This document shows positions 37,706-52,963 of a stretch of 64,000 nt of DNA, piece by piece (within the stretch, counting starts at the first letter, position 1; each line of letters begins with the position of its first letter). The stretch spans positions 1 to 64,000 of the forward strand of contig MU619362.1 in NCBI GenBank assembly GCA_025201805.1, in the 5' to 3' direction. The stretch comes from Parasitella parasitica NRRL 2501. Lineage: Eukaryota > Fungi > Mucoromycota. Made by a program: the position numbers and the translations under genes. The notes beneath the pieces were generated by a model. That model worked only from the letters and a program-made list of their open reading frames with translations. It was not told the origin of the DNA and did no database searches.

Positions 37706-38930
37706 CCATTTTGCAGTGTATTATACCCCCCTCCCTTATTTTTTTCTTTTTTCTTTATTTGTTTTGAATACAGTTTCATCAATCTTCTTTATCTTATTCA
37801 AAGAGCAACTTTGCAACAACCTTGTGTTATACAAATGTAATAAAATTATGGATTTGCAGGATCTGCGCTTCATATTTTTTTGAAACTATAAGGAGAACCT
37901 AAAACACTGCAAGAAGTCCTGCTTTTGACATTTTGTGGTCATTTATTTTGGTAAACAATAAAGGCTTATTTGTTTGTTATTATGGCCTAATATTAACAAC
38001 TTATTAGATCATAATAATGTCCCATAGTATGGCTATAAACATGCTACGTTAGTAAAAAAAAAAAAAAGTACCAACATGCCCTCCGTGTAATGTGATGATA
38101 ACATCAAAGTTGTTTATATAGAAAGAAAAAGAGTCAACCACTCCAGAGCAGGTGGGAAATAGACTATCATCATCTGTTACAAATTTATACAACACAATCA
38201 ATACACTGGTAATGTGGCGATTAGAGTGCATTTAGCTAGTCAAATACTACCTCGTCTGACTACTGAATAATAAAATGTTGTAACTGCAGCAACACAGGCA
38301 AGGCCAAATCACGATCTTGCCATGTTTACTGTTAATGCTTGAGCACCTCTAATCGTTTAATAATAACGAAATAGTACAGAATATCGCATCATAGCAGTGC
38401 AATAAAGTTTCATCATTGTAAATACCAAGTATATGATAATGTAACTCTCAGGCTAATTTTATTCTTTAATGCATGATTGGCAACATGTATTGTATTACAA
38501 TGCGAAACTGATTGGCAAATGTACAATGTGATAATACATGTATTGTCAACATTCTCGTATCTTATCAATATTTTATACGCGCACCGAATACACGTGAAGG
38601 AGACGCTCCTGCTCCTTATCATCTCACATAAAAATGCGAAAGCCAGGTATTGTGTAATGAAAGATAATTATTTTCACACGATGGTCAGTAGAGAGGGTGG
38701 GTAGGTTAGATTTCCTTTTCGAGTGAGTTTCTCGCAATAAGAAACGGAAATGTCGCCATAAAATGGCGCAATCCAGTTATATCATGATATGAACATTCCG
38801 ATTTTATCATTACATTTCAGGCACAAAAAAGAGAGAGAGAACGAGAGAATTTCGTTTCTCGTTCTTTTCTCTTTCACTTTCTTTCACTTTTTTTTTCTCA
38901 GTTTTGTGGTTCATACATATTATAGAAACG

Positions 38931-40156
38931 ATGGCAAACGAATCCAGCCCGTCCAACATTTTACCCCCAATTTCCATGCTCACATCTAGATCAACCAGCA
39001 ACCAACAGACATTCATGCCAGCATCACCGCCTTCCTCTGGCTACGATAAACCACTGAAATCATTGACAATATTACCAAAACCACACCAGAGAGAGTATTT
39101 CAACAAGGAGAGGCAGTCAGAGTTGCTGTCTCCTCCTCTTTCTTCATCTACATACCATCAAAAACTACCTTCTACTCATTCTCCATCTTCTCCATCCTCA
39201 TCTTCTTATACCCCAGCTACTACACCAGATCAGCATACCTTATGGGCATTATTCAGTCAATTTCAACACCACCAACAGCAACAACAGAAACAACAGCAAC
39301 AACAGCAACAACAGCAACAACAGCAACAACAGCAACAACAGCAGCAACAGCAGCAACAGCAGCAAGAGAAGCAGCACAAAAACACAAATGCCTATAGATA
39401 CTCTGTAAACGAAGCAGACTCAAGCCACCGACCGTCGGATCCACTCTCTTCAACCAACACATCAGATCGAGTATTATCATCTGAAGAAGTTTTGGCAGAA
39501 AAAAGAAGAAGAAATGCAGGAGCAAGTGCGAGATTTCGCGATCGTCGTAAGCAACGAGAACGAGAACTTCAAGGCAAATGCGATCAACTGGAACAGCGTT
39601 CCAAGGAATTTGAAAATGCATTAAGACGTATTGATTCAGACCATCCGTTATTAGCATCAAAGCAACTATTACTTTCTGAGTATGATAATCGATGCTTCAT
39701 GACATCATCTCCTCTACCTTCCTCTACTTCCACCATTACTTCCACTTCTGCTGTCACTGCTCCCTCTAGCACCAGCGATTATTCTTCGGATCATACTCTT
39801 TTTGATCGTGTTGGGCAATTGGAACATCTTATGGCTCGCTTCAAACAAGAAAAAGAAACAGATGTACAAAAGTTGGAAAAGCTTGAAAAGGAGGTATGTA
39901 AAAAAAGCTATTTCATTTGTATAATAGAGGAATTTACACTGACACATAATCCACTCATTAGAATGAATATCTGCGTTCTTTGCTAGTGCCAATGGGCTTA
40001 CCTTCCGTATCAAGAAGAGGCAGCGCCACTGATAGCGATAGCTCCTTTACCAGCCATGCTTCTGCTACCAATAAACGTAAACAGCATTCTTCTCGATACC
40101 AGCAAGACTATAAACGCATACATTTGTCTCCATCGTCTCGTCATTCCGACGATTAA
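38931..40156 (+). CDS. bZIP transcription factor with a long polyQ tract; 2 exons
   Basis: Basic region EKRRRNAGASARFRDRRKQRE followed by a leucine heptad. Confidence 0.9.
39273..39365 (+). repeat. CAA/CAG coding microsatellite (about 30 Gln)
   Basis: (caacagcaa)n tract seen directly. Confidence 0.95.
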
Positions 40157-42511
40157 ATAGATTTGAACTAGTATATTAAATTACTATGCATACACACCCC
40201 AATGTAATGAGTTATGATGAATAATAAAACAGTATTTATGAGATTTTCTCATGTGAACCGCGCATTAAAATACAAGTATATTCTACTTTTATGGTTTTCA
40301 TTCATGGCAGTGTCATAGAATGACAAAAATGCTTGTCATTCAAGTCTCGCTGTCTACTTTATGAACACATTCTGCAGCCGTATATTCATTCTAAACTATC
40401 GCAATACGCTTGCTACCAAGTTTGTTGTGAAATAAAAGGTCTTGATTTAGCATATTGACGTAGATGTGAATTAGCAGTATCCTACTTATTCGAAATTAGC
40501 TTGGTAGACTTAAATTTATGGATCAAATAATACACTTCTACTATTTGAAAAGCTGTCTTATCCGTCTTTGATTTGAATAAATGATCTAATGCAGCAAATA
40601 ATGCTGCAAGAGTACTAGAACCAGTAGCAAATAGTGCCTTATTTTAATTCGTCAGTTTAAGGATTTGTTAGGGACAAACTGCTTTGCACATTGCTTTTGA
40701 TACACATATCGCCCAATGGAAATCAAATTCCTATGGGATAGTCCTAATTGTGTATAAGTTTAAGACAGGCTTTATTTTGCTTTGTATTAAAACGTATATG
40801 CGGATATATGTAGTTTTTATATGAAAATCACTGGTTTCGGCTTATAACTTCCTATATTTATATCAACTTTTTTTATCGATAGTACGAATATACTTATAAG
40901 ATAACGCTGTGTTATCCAGGTTAGACCTTGCTTCTATGGTTCATTTAGCAGAAGCTATGACGAAATGTTTGTTAATTATGAAAATCAAAACTGTTTGGAA
41001 GACGGTCAAGGTAAAACAGTTGATAAGCAAGTGATGCTCAGATAGCCCTGGTTATGCCTATATAAATCAAACTTTAAATAGATTTTATTTTGCTCTTCAT
41101 TAAAGCGTGCCCACGTTTATGTATAATTTTTGTAGCGATTCACATTACATTGATGTCTCATTTTTATATAAAATATCCAATTAGTATAAATAGGCCTAAC
41201 TTTTACCAGATATTGGAACCTTTGTGAAAACAACCATCTAATTCTAGTTCTGCTTGTTCTTGTTCTTGTTCTTGTTCTATTTAATACTATAATTAAAACT
41301 TGGATTAGATCTTACTACTCTAGTCGATCTGCTCCTTCTGATCAACATATATCATCATAAAGGAGTTTATCACCATAAACTTACACTATACATTGCTGTC
41401 AATTACTACTTGTCTGGTAATATCCACAATGTATATTATATAGTAAGCAATGGCCAAAATAGTAATCTTAGCAATTAGAAATGCCACCTTGACAATAAAA
41501 TAATACATCATTCTACCCTTTTGCCGATAAATTATTTTACTCCATCACATTTCAAAGATAGTTTTGTATACATGCTTTTTTTTTTTGCCAATACAAAAAA
41601 TTTCATATAAACGCACGCATATTTTGATAAAGAGAAAAGCAAGATAATTTTTGTATTTGGCTGATAGAAACGCAATTGCTATCTGGCGAGTATCATAGAG
41701 TTGGTAATTACACTAGACTGAATATATAGAGATTATACAAAAAAAAATATGATGATGAGGCTGTGATATACACACACACTGGCTACATGTGTAGTACCAA
41801 TTCTTACAAGCACTACACGCATTCTGGTTTACTACGGATCAGCAGTATACAACATTTCATATCAAATTGCCCTCACTGAACAATATCGTAATATCTCTCA
41901 CAGTTGCCATGGTAATGCCAAGATAAGGCAGAGGGCTTTGCCACGTCAAGGCATAGGCCAACTATTTAGTATGTCACATCTGCCCATGTTCCTGGGTCAA
42001 TCTTGAGAATGAAACATATCACACTAAGTGATAGTGTCATTTGTATACAAATAATGGTGTTGTATCCGATATTTTCTATCTCATCAAAGTGGGATCTACA
42101 GACTCTGAAGAATCGATTATGTATCAAGCTTCCCGTTTTTAAAACCTTGAGCATGACCATCCATGTACACATTGAGCTGCTGATTGATTGAAGAAAACAT
42201 CAGGAATAAATTGTTTTGCTATATTTTTATAGGGTAGGATACCAGATTTTATGACTATATTGATGCTTTCATATTCAAATGAATGTACTGTAAACTGATT
42301 ACTTTTTGTGATTGTGCAAATAAATAAGGAAAGGGAAGGATTTGAGCGTGCGGTTGTAATTCAAAAAATGAAAATTTTGTGCGATTAACTTAAAAATATT
42401 CTATGTCAAAAGGGATGGAAGGGGATATAACGAAGGATATAGGGGAAAATTTGGGTATCATAGATTCCTTTTTTTGTGAGGTTTTCGCTCTCTTTTTTTT
42501 TTTCAGGTATT

Positions 42512-45500
42512 CTACTGATGTGGAAGTGTTGTTTTTGTTTGCACTTTAGTGTCATTTTGTTCTCCATAATTCACGGGCGTTTGAGCAGTGTGGCTGTGCG
42601 TTGCAATGTTTGTTGCAGCTGTCGCCGCTGCGGCAGCTGCATAGAAATTGGCCACCATGAATGCAGTTTGCTCTTCGCTAACGCCATCTTTGTCTGTAAT
42701 CTTGTATTTGGCTTGCAAAGCGGCTGCTAGATCTGGATTAATTGAAAATTGACCAGGTAATGTAACCCCTAAACTTGCACCAGGGGTTGAATCGACCATC
42801 ACCATATTGATTTCTTCCATCAATCGTTTGTATCCCTGCACATGTTGTAATTTTAACTTGCATAATATCTGCTTTACCCGCTCAGCAATACGCTGTCTTT
42901 CTCTCAATTCGATGTATGAACTGGAGAGGATTTTCTGAACTAGACTCACGCCATGTACCTGGTCATGGAGCACCTCATCAATCAAAGGAGAAACTTCGCT
43001 ACTGCTGCTGTTGTTTGGGCTGAAAAATAGAGCATCTATAATGAGAGCCCTTGCCTCGGGCTCCTGTCGCTGGTTAATAAGCTTGAGTACGGTAAGAGAG
43101 GCTAGCTTATGAGTGCATAACTGCGCTAGATGAGGTAATAAACGAGGTGCTAAGACGCGATAACGGCCCGGTATGCCAGAAGTGTCTAGCAGCCAAATCA
43201 GCAAAAGTGCTCCATTTGCGTTGGTGGCTAAAAGCAAGGCATGTTGCACAAGCGAAGCAGCTACATATTTCTGTCAAAGTGAAATACGAATAATCAGCAA
43301 AAACGTCAGTTTAGTAACCTGTAGCTTACATTGACACCTGCCATACCTGTTGTCTCTTTGTCACATGTGGGCTTTCCAATGTTGCTCTGACTGCTCGTGC
43401 GCCAAACCTGCCCTGTGCAATCTCCCAGCACGAATCCACAATAGCATCAAAAATAAATTGGTTGCGGCTAGGGCCCAGTCCTAAGCAACACTGCACCACG
43501 TAATTCCCAAACTGGTCTAATAGCAATGCAGGCACGTAAGGTTTGATATGGCCACAAATAAGAGAAATATGCGCGGGGAATCTGGTCGTATCGATGATCT
43601 TTTGTGCCGCCCAGGTTCCGTTTTTATGGACGCCGATAGAAGCTAAAAATGGCGCTACGGCTTCAAGCATAATCGATTTTGTCATTTCCGAACATCGCTC
43701 AAACAGTCTCTGGATAACTGTATTCCCAATGTAATCTGTAAGCCATGTTTAATTGGACCATATTAACATTCTCATGCAACGCAATTATTTACCACTGCAC
43801 AATTCTACGAGCTCGTCGACGCATTCAATAGCAATGATTTCCAACTCTTTTGTCGAAACATTTCCGGTGTCTAATCTTTTTCTAATGTCCCTCAGGCGGG
43901 AGATGTCTACCTTTCTTGACTGGCCCAGTTCTGGAGCAGCAGGGATACCGTGGTAATAGTGATGAGGTAAATGAAGGCCTAATTTTGTTTAATTAAGGAG
44001 AGACACCGTTCCGTTTTTAGCTGTTGCAATTTTGAGGGGCAATGTTATTAATGTTTACCGTCAAAGATCGGACCATCCGAATCATCCTCGCCAAACTCTT
44101 GCATAATCAATTTACGTTCAGTTATGATGCCAGAGAACACACTGGCACTAGCACTGGCACTGCTTCTTTTGCTGCTGCCCATCATATCCATCATGTAAAC
44201 CATCATTTGCTGCTGCTTTTGGTGGTCGCTCAGCGTGTGTTGGCATTGATTCGTGGTGTCGCTCGGGCTCCCCAATATGTGATACTGTTGTAGTTGATGC
44301 TGTGCGACGTCTATCGTTTTTGTTGTTGTTGTTGTTGTTGTTGAGGGATATTGAAAACCAGCAACGACATCTGGAATGCTACCCACAAGGCCGCCATTGG
44401 TAGTTGCATTATTGTTGTTGTGTAATTTGATTGCAGGAACTTTTGCAAATCCTATTTTCACTGGACCAGTGCCAGGGCCCATTATCTCGCTATTTTGAAG
44501 CGAGTTTTTAGCCTTTACAGCATCTTCTTGGTGAAAGAAGTTGATAAAGCCGCAATTTTTATGAGTCAGAACACGAACAGATTCAATCTTACCAAACGAA
44601 GAGAATACAGAGCCCAAAATTGCCTGCGTGGTGTTGATTGGAATATTACCCACCCCTATAAAAACAACAGCATGTTAGTTTTACTATGACATATAACAAG
44701 CTGTAAGCATTACATAGCGCTCTTGTGGGCCCTTGTGCGCTTTCGTTTGTCCCCATCGCCAGGTTGCTATTTGCTGTTGCGGCTGTAGCTGCAGTAGCAC
44801 TAGTTGTGGTGGTGGTGGTGGTAGGTGACGATGCCACAGAGCCGGGTGGCACAGCATCCGGTTTGCCAAACCCTACTTTAACTGAGGACATCGAATGAGA
44901 ATAAAGCCGGTTTCCCATCTTGTTGACTAGCGCATCTCTTGCTTTCAGTGCTTCTTCCACGGTTGTAAAGTTGATGAAAGCGCATTCTCGGTCGGGTAAA
45001 ATACGGATGCTCTCGATGATGCCAAATTTGGAAAAAATCGTTTGGAGTTCGTTTGTCGATTGATTCGTTAGTTCAAGCTGGCCCAGCCATAGCGATCGAG
45101 TAGGCAATTGGTCGAATATCGAGGAAGAGGATGCGTCCATCACCATGTCTGCCAAATTGATGCTGCCGTTCGATAGTTGTTCGTACGATGAAGATAGACT
45201 TCCGCCAGCCGTAAATGAGTCCTATAAATATACACCAGAACATTTCTATTTTAGTACCATGTTTTAAGAAAGGGGAAAATAAGGGGAAGATGGAAGTTAT
45301 ATTTATACATGTACAGAATGATTCATAGACACACAGGAGGGGGGGATAAGGGCAATATCAATTACGACAACAAAATGACAAGTGAGAGAAAGAATAATAC
45401 GTTACCCTTGTCCATCCATTCATATTGGCCTCTACGTCTTCATTCTGAATGATGGAATGCGAGCCGCTTGGAGAGTTTGCAGCAGTGGCCGTCGTTTTTC

Positions 45501-46008
45501 TTTGTCTCGCAATCATCTCCAACAAGTCAGCAGAGCTGTTGGAGCTTCTCAAGAACGGACGATTGTTAAATTGCTGCTGCTGTAAATCCGAATACCAAAT
45601 AGATCGATGAGGCAAAAGGGGGCTACTATCCTCTTGCTGCTGTTGGTCTACAGCGCTCATAGCACGGGGTCTATTTTGTTGATGATGAGAGAATCGAAGA
45701 TTGGCAACCGAGGAACGAAGGTCTTCACTCCTAAAATAATTTGCATTGTACCATTCAGCTTGGGATGGGTGGTTTTCAGACAGTGTTTGCAGAGATGACA
45801 ACGAAAAACTTGAATGAATAGTGCTGGAAGACGAGTTGCTTTCGTCCAAACCTAATGAAGCAAATGTGCTTGCAATCGTATTGCCATCATCCCCTTTTAA
45901 TAATTGATCTGTTGTAGGCGTAGTTGGACTTTGTATGGTCTCGTTTATCCAATGATGATGGTGGCGGTTCGGATCAATCATTAAATGAGATGTTGATTGC
46001 GTCGGCAT
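42512..46008 (-). CDS. JSN1: Pumilio-family RNA-binding protein with two RRMs (Puf1/Jsn1-Puf2 class); multi-exon
   Basis: RRMs TRSLWLG..ECAFINF and NCGFINF; PUF repeats HKNGTWAAQKII, DQFGNYVVQCCL, GRFGARAVRATLE, HKLASLTVLKLI. Confidence 0.9.
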
Positions 46009-46601
46009 GGTTTCAGCGCGAGGTCGGCGGACAGTTCTGCCGTCTTCCTCACCCTCTTCTTGTTCATACCAATGATTTAAACCACTATATCGCGTTTGAA
46101 TTTATGTTAATATGCATAAATTGTGAATCATAAACGAACGAAATTAATGCAAACCTTGAAATATGGTTGCTGGTATCCATTGTGTGCAATACAATTGAAT
46201 ATAATGTATTTTCTAAATGGATCGCCCTTGTATATTATATAGCGAGAAAACTGTAAATCAACTTTGCTCTTCTCTCTTTTATTTTTTTTATTTTTCTTTT
46301 TTTGCGTGTGTGTGTGTGTGTTTTTTCCTCGTAGTTTATGATATAGTCAGATTTTGGGTTCCTGATTTATTTTTTCTTTTGATTTTCTTCGTGTGGTATA
46401 AATTAAATGTACAGTTTTTAAGTGATACACTGAAAATTATCAAACAACAACCACAAAAATAAAAAGAAAAGGAAAAAAAGATAGAGAGTGAAAGAAGAAG
46501 GGAGAGAAACACAATGTTGTGTTAATTTAGAAATTTAAATGGTGATTCTAAAAAAAAACAATTTGGGGCTTACTAAAAAAAGTATTGGCAGTTTGAATTC
46601 A

Positions 46602-46897
46602 TTAAAGGTGTATTTTATCTCGACAATAACTGATATGACGCTTAGAGTGGCCACAGAATCTACAAAGATTACTATCACGTACAATGTTGCAAGCATCAGC
46701 AATCCTTTGAGATAAATTTTCCACAGCCATTAGGTTCTCATGCTTTACCTTTCTTTTTTACGAGAGCCCAGAAGTTCTCAAATGAGTTCAATTCTGGTGA
46801 AAATGGAGGTAAATATATGACTCTGTAGCCTTTGCCCTCGATCTTTCTCATCATTGAATGTGATTTGTGAATGGTACAGTTATCCATCACAAGATAG
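46602..46897 (-). pseudogene. C-terminal fragment of a second DD34E Tc1/IS630 transposase (not in the ORF track)
   Basis: Manual translation YLVMDNCTIHK...GYRVIYLPPFSPELNSFENFWALVKK, frameshift, then HENL..NLSQRIADAC...FCGHS; D-to-E spacing is 34. Confidence 0.9.
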
Positions 46898-48140
46898 GTT
46901 CGTTTAATTTTTGTTATATTTCAATTGCTAGAGGCTGACCATTAAACATTAAGCCTATAACATTCCATTATACTCCAAACAGAAACGACACTTTTTTGCA
47001 GACCTTCTTGAGATAATTGACATACATGAAAAGTATGTATTGCCATTCCCTTCTTTTTTAACGCGTCGTTGATCTGTGAGGAAGTAGCAAACCGGATTAT
47101 GCTACATGCGATCATGCCTCATAACAGGTCATCAGAAAATGAACTTCACTTGAAAACCAGAGCGAATTAAGCGTATCGAAAGCATGAAAAGTTATTTGTG
47201 CTGAATATTTCTATTCAATCAATGCTTGTAGTAGGTATCGCTAAGTACCTTTATCAGAGAGTATATCACCATGGAAATGGTATCCAATGGCCCTATACCA
47301 ACACTTCGAGAGGCGGACAAAAAAAAAGAAAATTGGCCTGCAAAACGCAAGTTTGGGACATTTACTATAGTTGATGTATTCGCAAAGAACATATACCAGT
47401 GCAAATCTACAAAATATACAATTGAGTTTCTTTTTAAGGTATTCACTTGTTGCCGTAAGCAACGCTACCACAGCAAATCTCGATCAACCTGCCATTAATG
47501 CGTAAACATTGCTACTGCAATGCCTAGGCTTACCTACTCCTTTTTCTTTTTTCTTTTTTACAAACGCAAATGACGCACAATAAAGTATAGCTTTAATTTA
47601 AGCCTTTCAATGCTATTAACATTGGGTTAAACAGGCCTGGAAATAACAATGGCTTTACTGATGTCTTGGAGTTAGTCTTCCTAATTCTTTGAGAATACGG
47701 TTCATCAACCTTTGCTCTAATCTGTCACACCAATAACGTAGTTGTTCGCAATTTATTGATGTTGCTCAATTGTAGTCTTTTTCCTTTTTAGCCATTCTTA
47801 ATACATACAGGTTGAGTGAGCATATCATTTATGTACCTGTGCAAGTCATCTACATTGTGTAGACGACCCCTCACAATAGTATATCATGTATCATCTGACA
47901 GAATGTGACGATTCTCATCCATACAAAAGGCAAGCTGTGTTGTCTTGTGTGGTTATTCCCCTTCTTTACATATACTTCTTTCTTTTCTTTTCTTTTTCCT
48001 CTTGTCTTTTTCTTCTGCGTCTTTTTCTCTTCAATTACATATCTGCAATTGAACATCTGCGCCTGTGCCTGTGTCTATCTGTGTGTAAATACTTATCTAT
48101 CCTATAAAAAAGAGCTCAATCATTAAACCATCCAGCTGTT

Positions 48141-48716
48141 ATGGGACTTTTTTATCGCACCTACTTGGAGGGCCCATCCATTGTGTTTGGCTGCTCTGAA
48201 TGCGGTGCCCATCTAGCAACATCGGAAGCTATTATATCAAGCGTAAGCTATTATTTATCTTCGTCATGCATATAGGATAAACTCTAAACTCAACCATATA
48301 GCAATTTCGAGGTCAACACGGTCCAGCTTTTCTATTTGAAAAAGTGTAAATACGCATCTAATGCAGGCTGCATTTACATTTTACTCATTATAATTGAATC
48401 ATCTGAAAATAGAGTGAACATTATATTTGGTAAAGCAGAAGATAGAGACATGACGACTGGATTACATAAAGTTCGAGATATATCATGTATTCAATGCTCA
48501 AAGATGCTTGGATGGACATATGTTCGTTTCTGAATTAATGAGCTGTTGCTGTGAAATATCAGAAACTGACCTTTTATTTTTTTTTTGATCTATTAGGTTA
48601 AAGCATATAACGCTGAAAATAGATATAAAGAGGGGAAATTTATACTAGAGAGAAAGCTGTTTAAGGATTTATCATCAAAGGCCAATCTTGGGAGCATTGA
48701 AAACACATTTGAATGA
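48141..48716 (+). CDS. MOH1: Yippee/Moh1 zinc-binding protein; 4 exons
   Basis: FGCSECGAHL, FRGQHGPAFLF, MTTGLHKVRDISCIQC..LGWTY, YKEGKFILE. Confidence 0.93.
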
Positions 48717-49256
48717 CCAAAACTTGATATTGTATCATATCCAACACCGCCATCAACTTCTTTTTCTCAATTAGATTAGTTAAATGCCTTGCCATCCAAA
48801 TATTGTATTACAATTCTTGGATTTTTATCATCATACAATGTACAACCCAACATTTACACTCGGGTATCTTTTTATTCATGGAATCAACATACGAGAATAG
48901 TTTTTTTATTTTTATTTTTACAATATGAGGCAATATATCCCAAGAAAGTAACTCTCAACTCAAATAAATGTCACTAAATGTTATCATCTGCAAATCTTTG
49001 TCGCTCCCAATGGCCCGTTTTTCGTACTAGAGAACCATAAACATGATAGCATGGCGAGCATCAACACCATAGACTCTGTAGGTCTTTCGTGACTAACAAC
49101 GTGACATCATGGTCAAAAATTTTCTAGTTTGTAAACTGAAAAGCAAACCATCGAAGTTGATAGAACTCCTTCTCCATTGTAATCTATACTTTACAGTAAG
49201 TATCAAAATCATGCTCAAAAGTGAAAAGAAACAGAAGTTTAATGCCACGATCAGTC

Positions 49257-50588
49257 ATGCCACCCAAGAAGGCTGTCAAGGAAGAAAAGACCATGCTGGG
49301 CCGCCCCTCCAACAACTTGAAGATTGGTGTGGTTGGTCTCCCCAATGTCGGTAAATCCACCTTCTTCAACGCCCTCACAAATGCTTCTGCTGCTGCCGAG
49401 AACTATCCTTTCTGTACCATTGGTATGTACTGGAGACAGTTATACTTCTAGATCCTAACCAAAACCGCATTCTTGTTTTTGACATCTGCCAGACCCTGAG
49501 GAGTCTCGTGTTGCTGTTCCTGATAAGCGTTTCAACTGGTTGTGTGAGCATTACAAGCCTGCCAAAGAAATCCCTGCTTATGTGAGTATTCGCCGTTGAC
49601 TTTTGCATAGTCATGTTAATTCATCGATCCTTTATGTAAATAGTTGACTGTTATTGATATTGCCGGGCTTGTAAAGGGTGCTTCCTCTGGCGCTGGCTTG
49701 GGTAACGCTTTTTTGTCGCACATCAAAGCTGTTGATGCGATTTTCCATGTTGTTCGTGCTTTTGATGAGTCCGATGTTATTCATGTTGAAGGTGAATTGG
49801 ATCCTATTCGTGATTTAGAAATCATTCGTGAGGAATTGCGTTTGAAAGATGAAGAATTCCTCACAAAGCAATCTGCCGAATTGAATGCTGCTGTTCGTCG
49901 TGTTGGTAACGGTGGCAATGCTAACGATAAAGCTAAAAAGGAGGAGGCTGCTACCATTGAAAAGGTGCTAGAATATGTTAAAGAAGGTAACGATGTTCGT
50001 CATGGTACTTGGACCAACAAAGAAGTCGATGTTATCAACAACTTCCATCTTATCACTGCTAAACCTGTTATATATCTTGCCAATCTGTCTGAAAAGGACT
50101 ACATTCGCAAGAAGAATAAGTGGCTTCCCAAGATCAAGGAATGGATCGATAAGAAATCTGCTGGTGACCCTATGATTCCTTATTCAGCTGCCTTTGAATA
50201 CCGCCTCACACTCGCTACTAGTGAAGAAGAAAAAAAGGCTATCGAGGCCGAAGCTAAATCTGCCTTACCCAATATCATCATTAAGGGGTACGCTGCTCTT
50301 AACCTGATTTACTATTTTACTGGTGGTCCTGACGAAGTCAGAGCTTGGACTGTACGTAAAAATACTAAAGCTCCTGGTGCTGCAGGCGTCATTCACTCCG
50401 ATTTTGAACGTGGTTTCATCATGGCTGAAATTATGAAATTCGATGATTTGAAGGAGTTGGGCTCTGACAATGCAGTTAAAGCTGGTGGCAAGTATATGCA
50501 GAAGGGTAAGGACTATGTTGTTGAAGATGGTGACATTATTTTCTTCAAGTTTAACGTTACCGCTCCTGCTGCTGGAAAGAAGAAGTAG
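49257..50588 (+). CDS. OLA1: Obg-like ATPase OLA1/YchF; 3 exons
   Basis: [61 protein letters not shown]. Confidence 0.97.
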
Positions 50589-52963
50589 ACGATATATTTT
50601 TACCAAATAAAATATAAAATATACATTTCAACATTGTAACTTGGGGGATTTGATATTACATTTACTTTTCGTAGTGTGTCACTTGGCGATATCATATGTT
50701 TAGGTCTGAATCGTACGTACGACTCATTCATTCGCTATGAATGCATCTTGGCGAATTAATTTAAACACAAGGTCAAGACGATACTTGATAGGTACGATAA
50801 TGTTGCAACGCATGTGCGTAAGATGCAATTTTTGGCCTTTTCCTCCCAGATAATTTTTTTTGAAAACATGAATGTAGCAATTGAAGTTGTAGCTCAGGTG
50901 ATAATTTAGAAGAATAAGACGATAAAAGAACTATAGGGTATTTGATTTTTTGATCATTACATTATGTTGTATTGATGAGGGTAACAATCAGAGCTCAGAA
51001 GGGTAAAGGAGGGGGGCGGAGGCCGCAAGCGAATATATTTTTTTTGTAGTTAATATTTTATTTTATTCAAATATTATTTATAGAGGGACACATCGCGGAG
51101 TGGTGGACCTCGAACAACGAAAAAGACTAGCTGATATATGACTATGTTTGTGAAGGGAGCAGTTTGTCAATGTGACAAACTGTCCGAGAGAGAAAGTGGG
51201 ATATGGAGGAGGAAGAGAGTGGTGCCAGATTTTGTCGGCCGTGAAGCCAGTACAAGTTCCACATTTGCCACAAGGTCGTAGAGATGACAGCGATATAGCG
51301 GGAATGATCTTGGATAAAACGTGGGAGATGGAGATAGCGCACGGTGCCATAGATAAGTTCAACAGTCAAGGGATAGTTGGCATAGTAATATCTTTTGAAT
51401 ATTATGGCTAGCCAAGAGTTGCAGATCAAAGTTTTGATCTCGCTTCAGAAGCATGGAACAAGTCCAAAAATAGAAAAGGATCAATATTTTAGAAGTTGCT
51501 TTTTATGAAAAGACACAGGTGTTATGTCGTATGTATTTCTTATATGTAAATTTGTGTTTTCTGTTGATCACTTTAAATGATTATGGATATAAATCTATAT
51601 TATATTGGATTTTTCATCCAGGATGTCTTGGTAGCAAAGATTGAGAAAGAGAGAACCAATGGCAGATTTGACGAGTGTTGGAGTTGCTTCTATTTGTTCT
51701 TGATATTGGATTACGTCTTCTTAAAGCCATGCTAGCCTGGTCTTGATGATTGTGATCTTTGTGGAATATTCTGTGTAATTTAGAGTTCATATTCATAATA
51801 ATTACAGAGATTCTTTTTATGCGTTGACTCACTTAATATTGATCTATAACATGTCTATAATTATAAAAATAAAACTATTATTGTATATAACTTTGGATAT
51901 ACACATCACTTAGTGGATCAAGTGATAGCTCAGGTAGCCCTGATCATGCTTGTGAATCTGGCTGAAACAATCATATGATTGTTTGTACAAAATGGTACAG
52001 ACATTTTCAAGTATTTCTTGTATGAAAATCGTTGTTTCCTGCCAATATCTTTTTTCTATGGGTAAAAATGCTTTTATTCGAAAAAGCTGAGTTGTCGCTA
52101 TGTTTGTGATAGAGTACAACTATCTAGTAGTAAAAGGGTAGAATGATGTACTATGTTAATGTCAAGTTGGGATTTCTAATTGCTGATATTGCTATCTTCT
52201 GGACCATTATTTACTATTCAATAAACGTGGATATTACTGGACAGTAGTAATTGACAGCAATGTGATTTATCAGAATGAGAAATTATTCAAATAAAACGGT
52301 TGTGAATTAATCAGGTGAAGATCTCGTTTATTACATGGAAAAAATGATGGTTTATATACTAGTGAATCTAAGTGGACTGATGGGAGGATAAGATACAAGT
52401 GTGAGACATGGTGTGATTTAGAGAATGGAACGATATGATGTGAATTACTGGCAGTCTTTCACACATCATATTGAATTAGTAAAGCAGATCTTAGTTCTTG
52501 ACTAAGATCCTGAGAATAAAGTATTAATAATAAGAATTATACCATTAATATTATACATTTAAAGACGATTGTACAACTTGTACTCCACATTAATCAAACA
52601 CAGCTTACTGCTTTCCCATGAAGCTTAATTTAATCAAGATCAAGTTATTATATTAGTAACTTGAATTCACTATATTTTACTTTACTATAAATAAGATGAA
52701 GTGCAAGGAGCTAACCAGAACTTCACTTACATTTTAACTTTAATAAACCAAGAAGAGTTATAATTGTATTTTTCTAAGCTTTTTTTAATTTTTATAGCAC
52801 GATAGATCGTATCTATTGTCCATGAACATGTCATTGTTATAAATAAGGAACATGATCCATTGGGACATGTTCCTGAATTGTGTTCAGGATTGAGTTTACT
52901 TGAGTTTGACTTCCGGTTGGGAAATTGACATATTACTCTGTTTCAAATCAAGAAGGTTATTAC

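Noticed and set aside
47271-47498. FTIVDVFAKNIYQ as a Gypsy integrase C-terminal remnant
   Set aside because: Too short, with no supporting motifs nearby.
51078-52700. Short ORFs that could be genes or retroelement remnants
   Set aside because: No recognisable motifs; cannot be assigned by eye.
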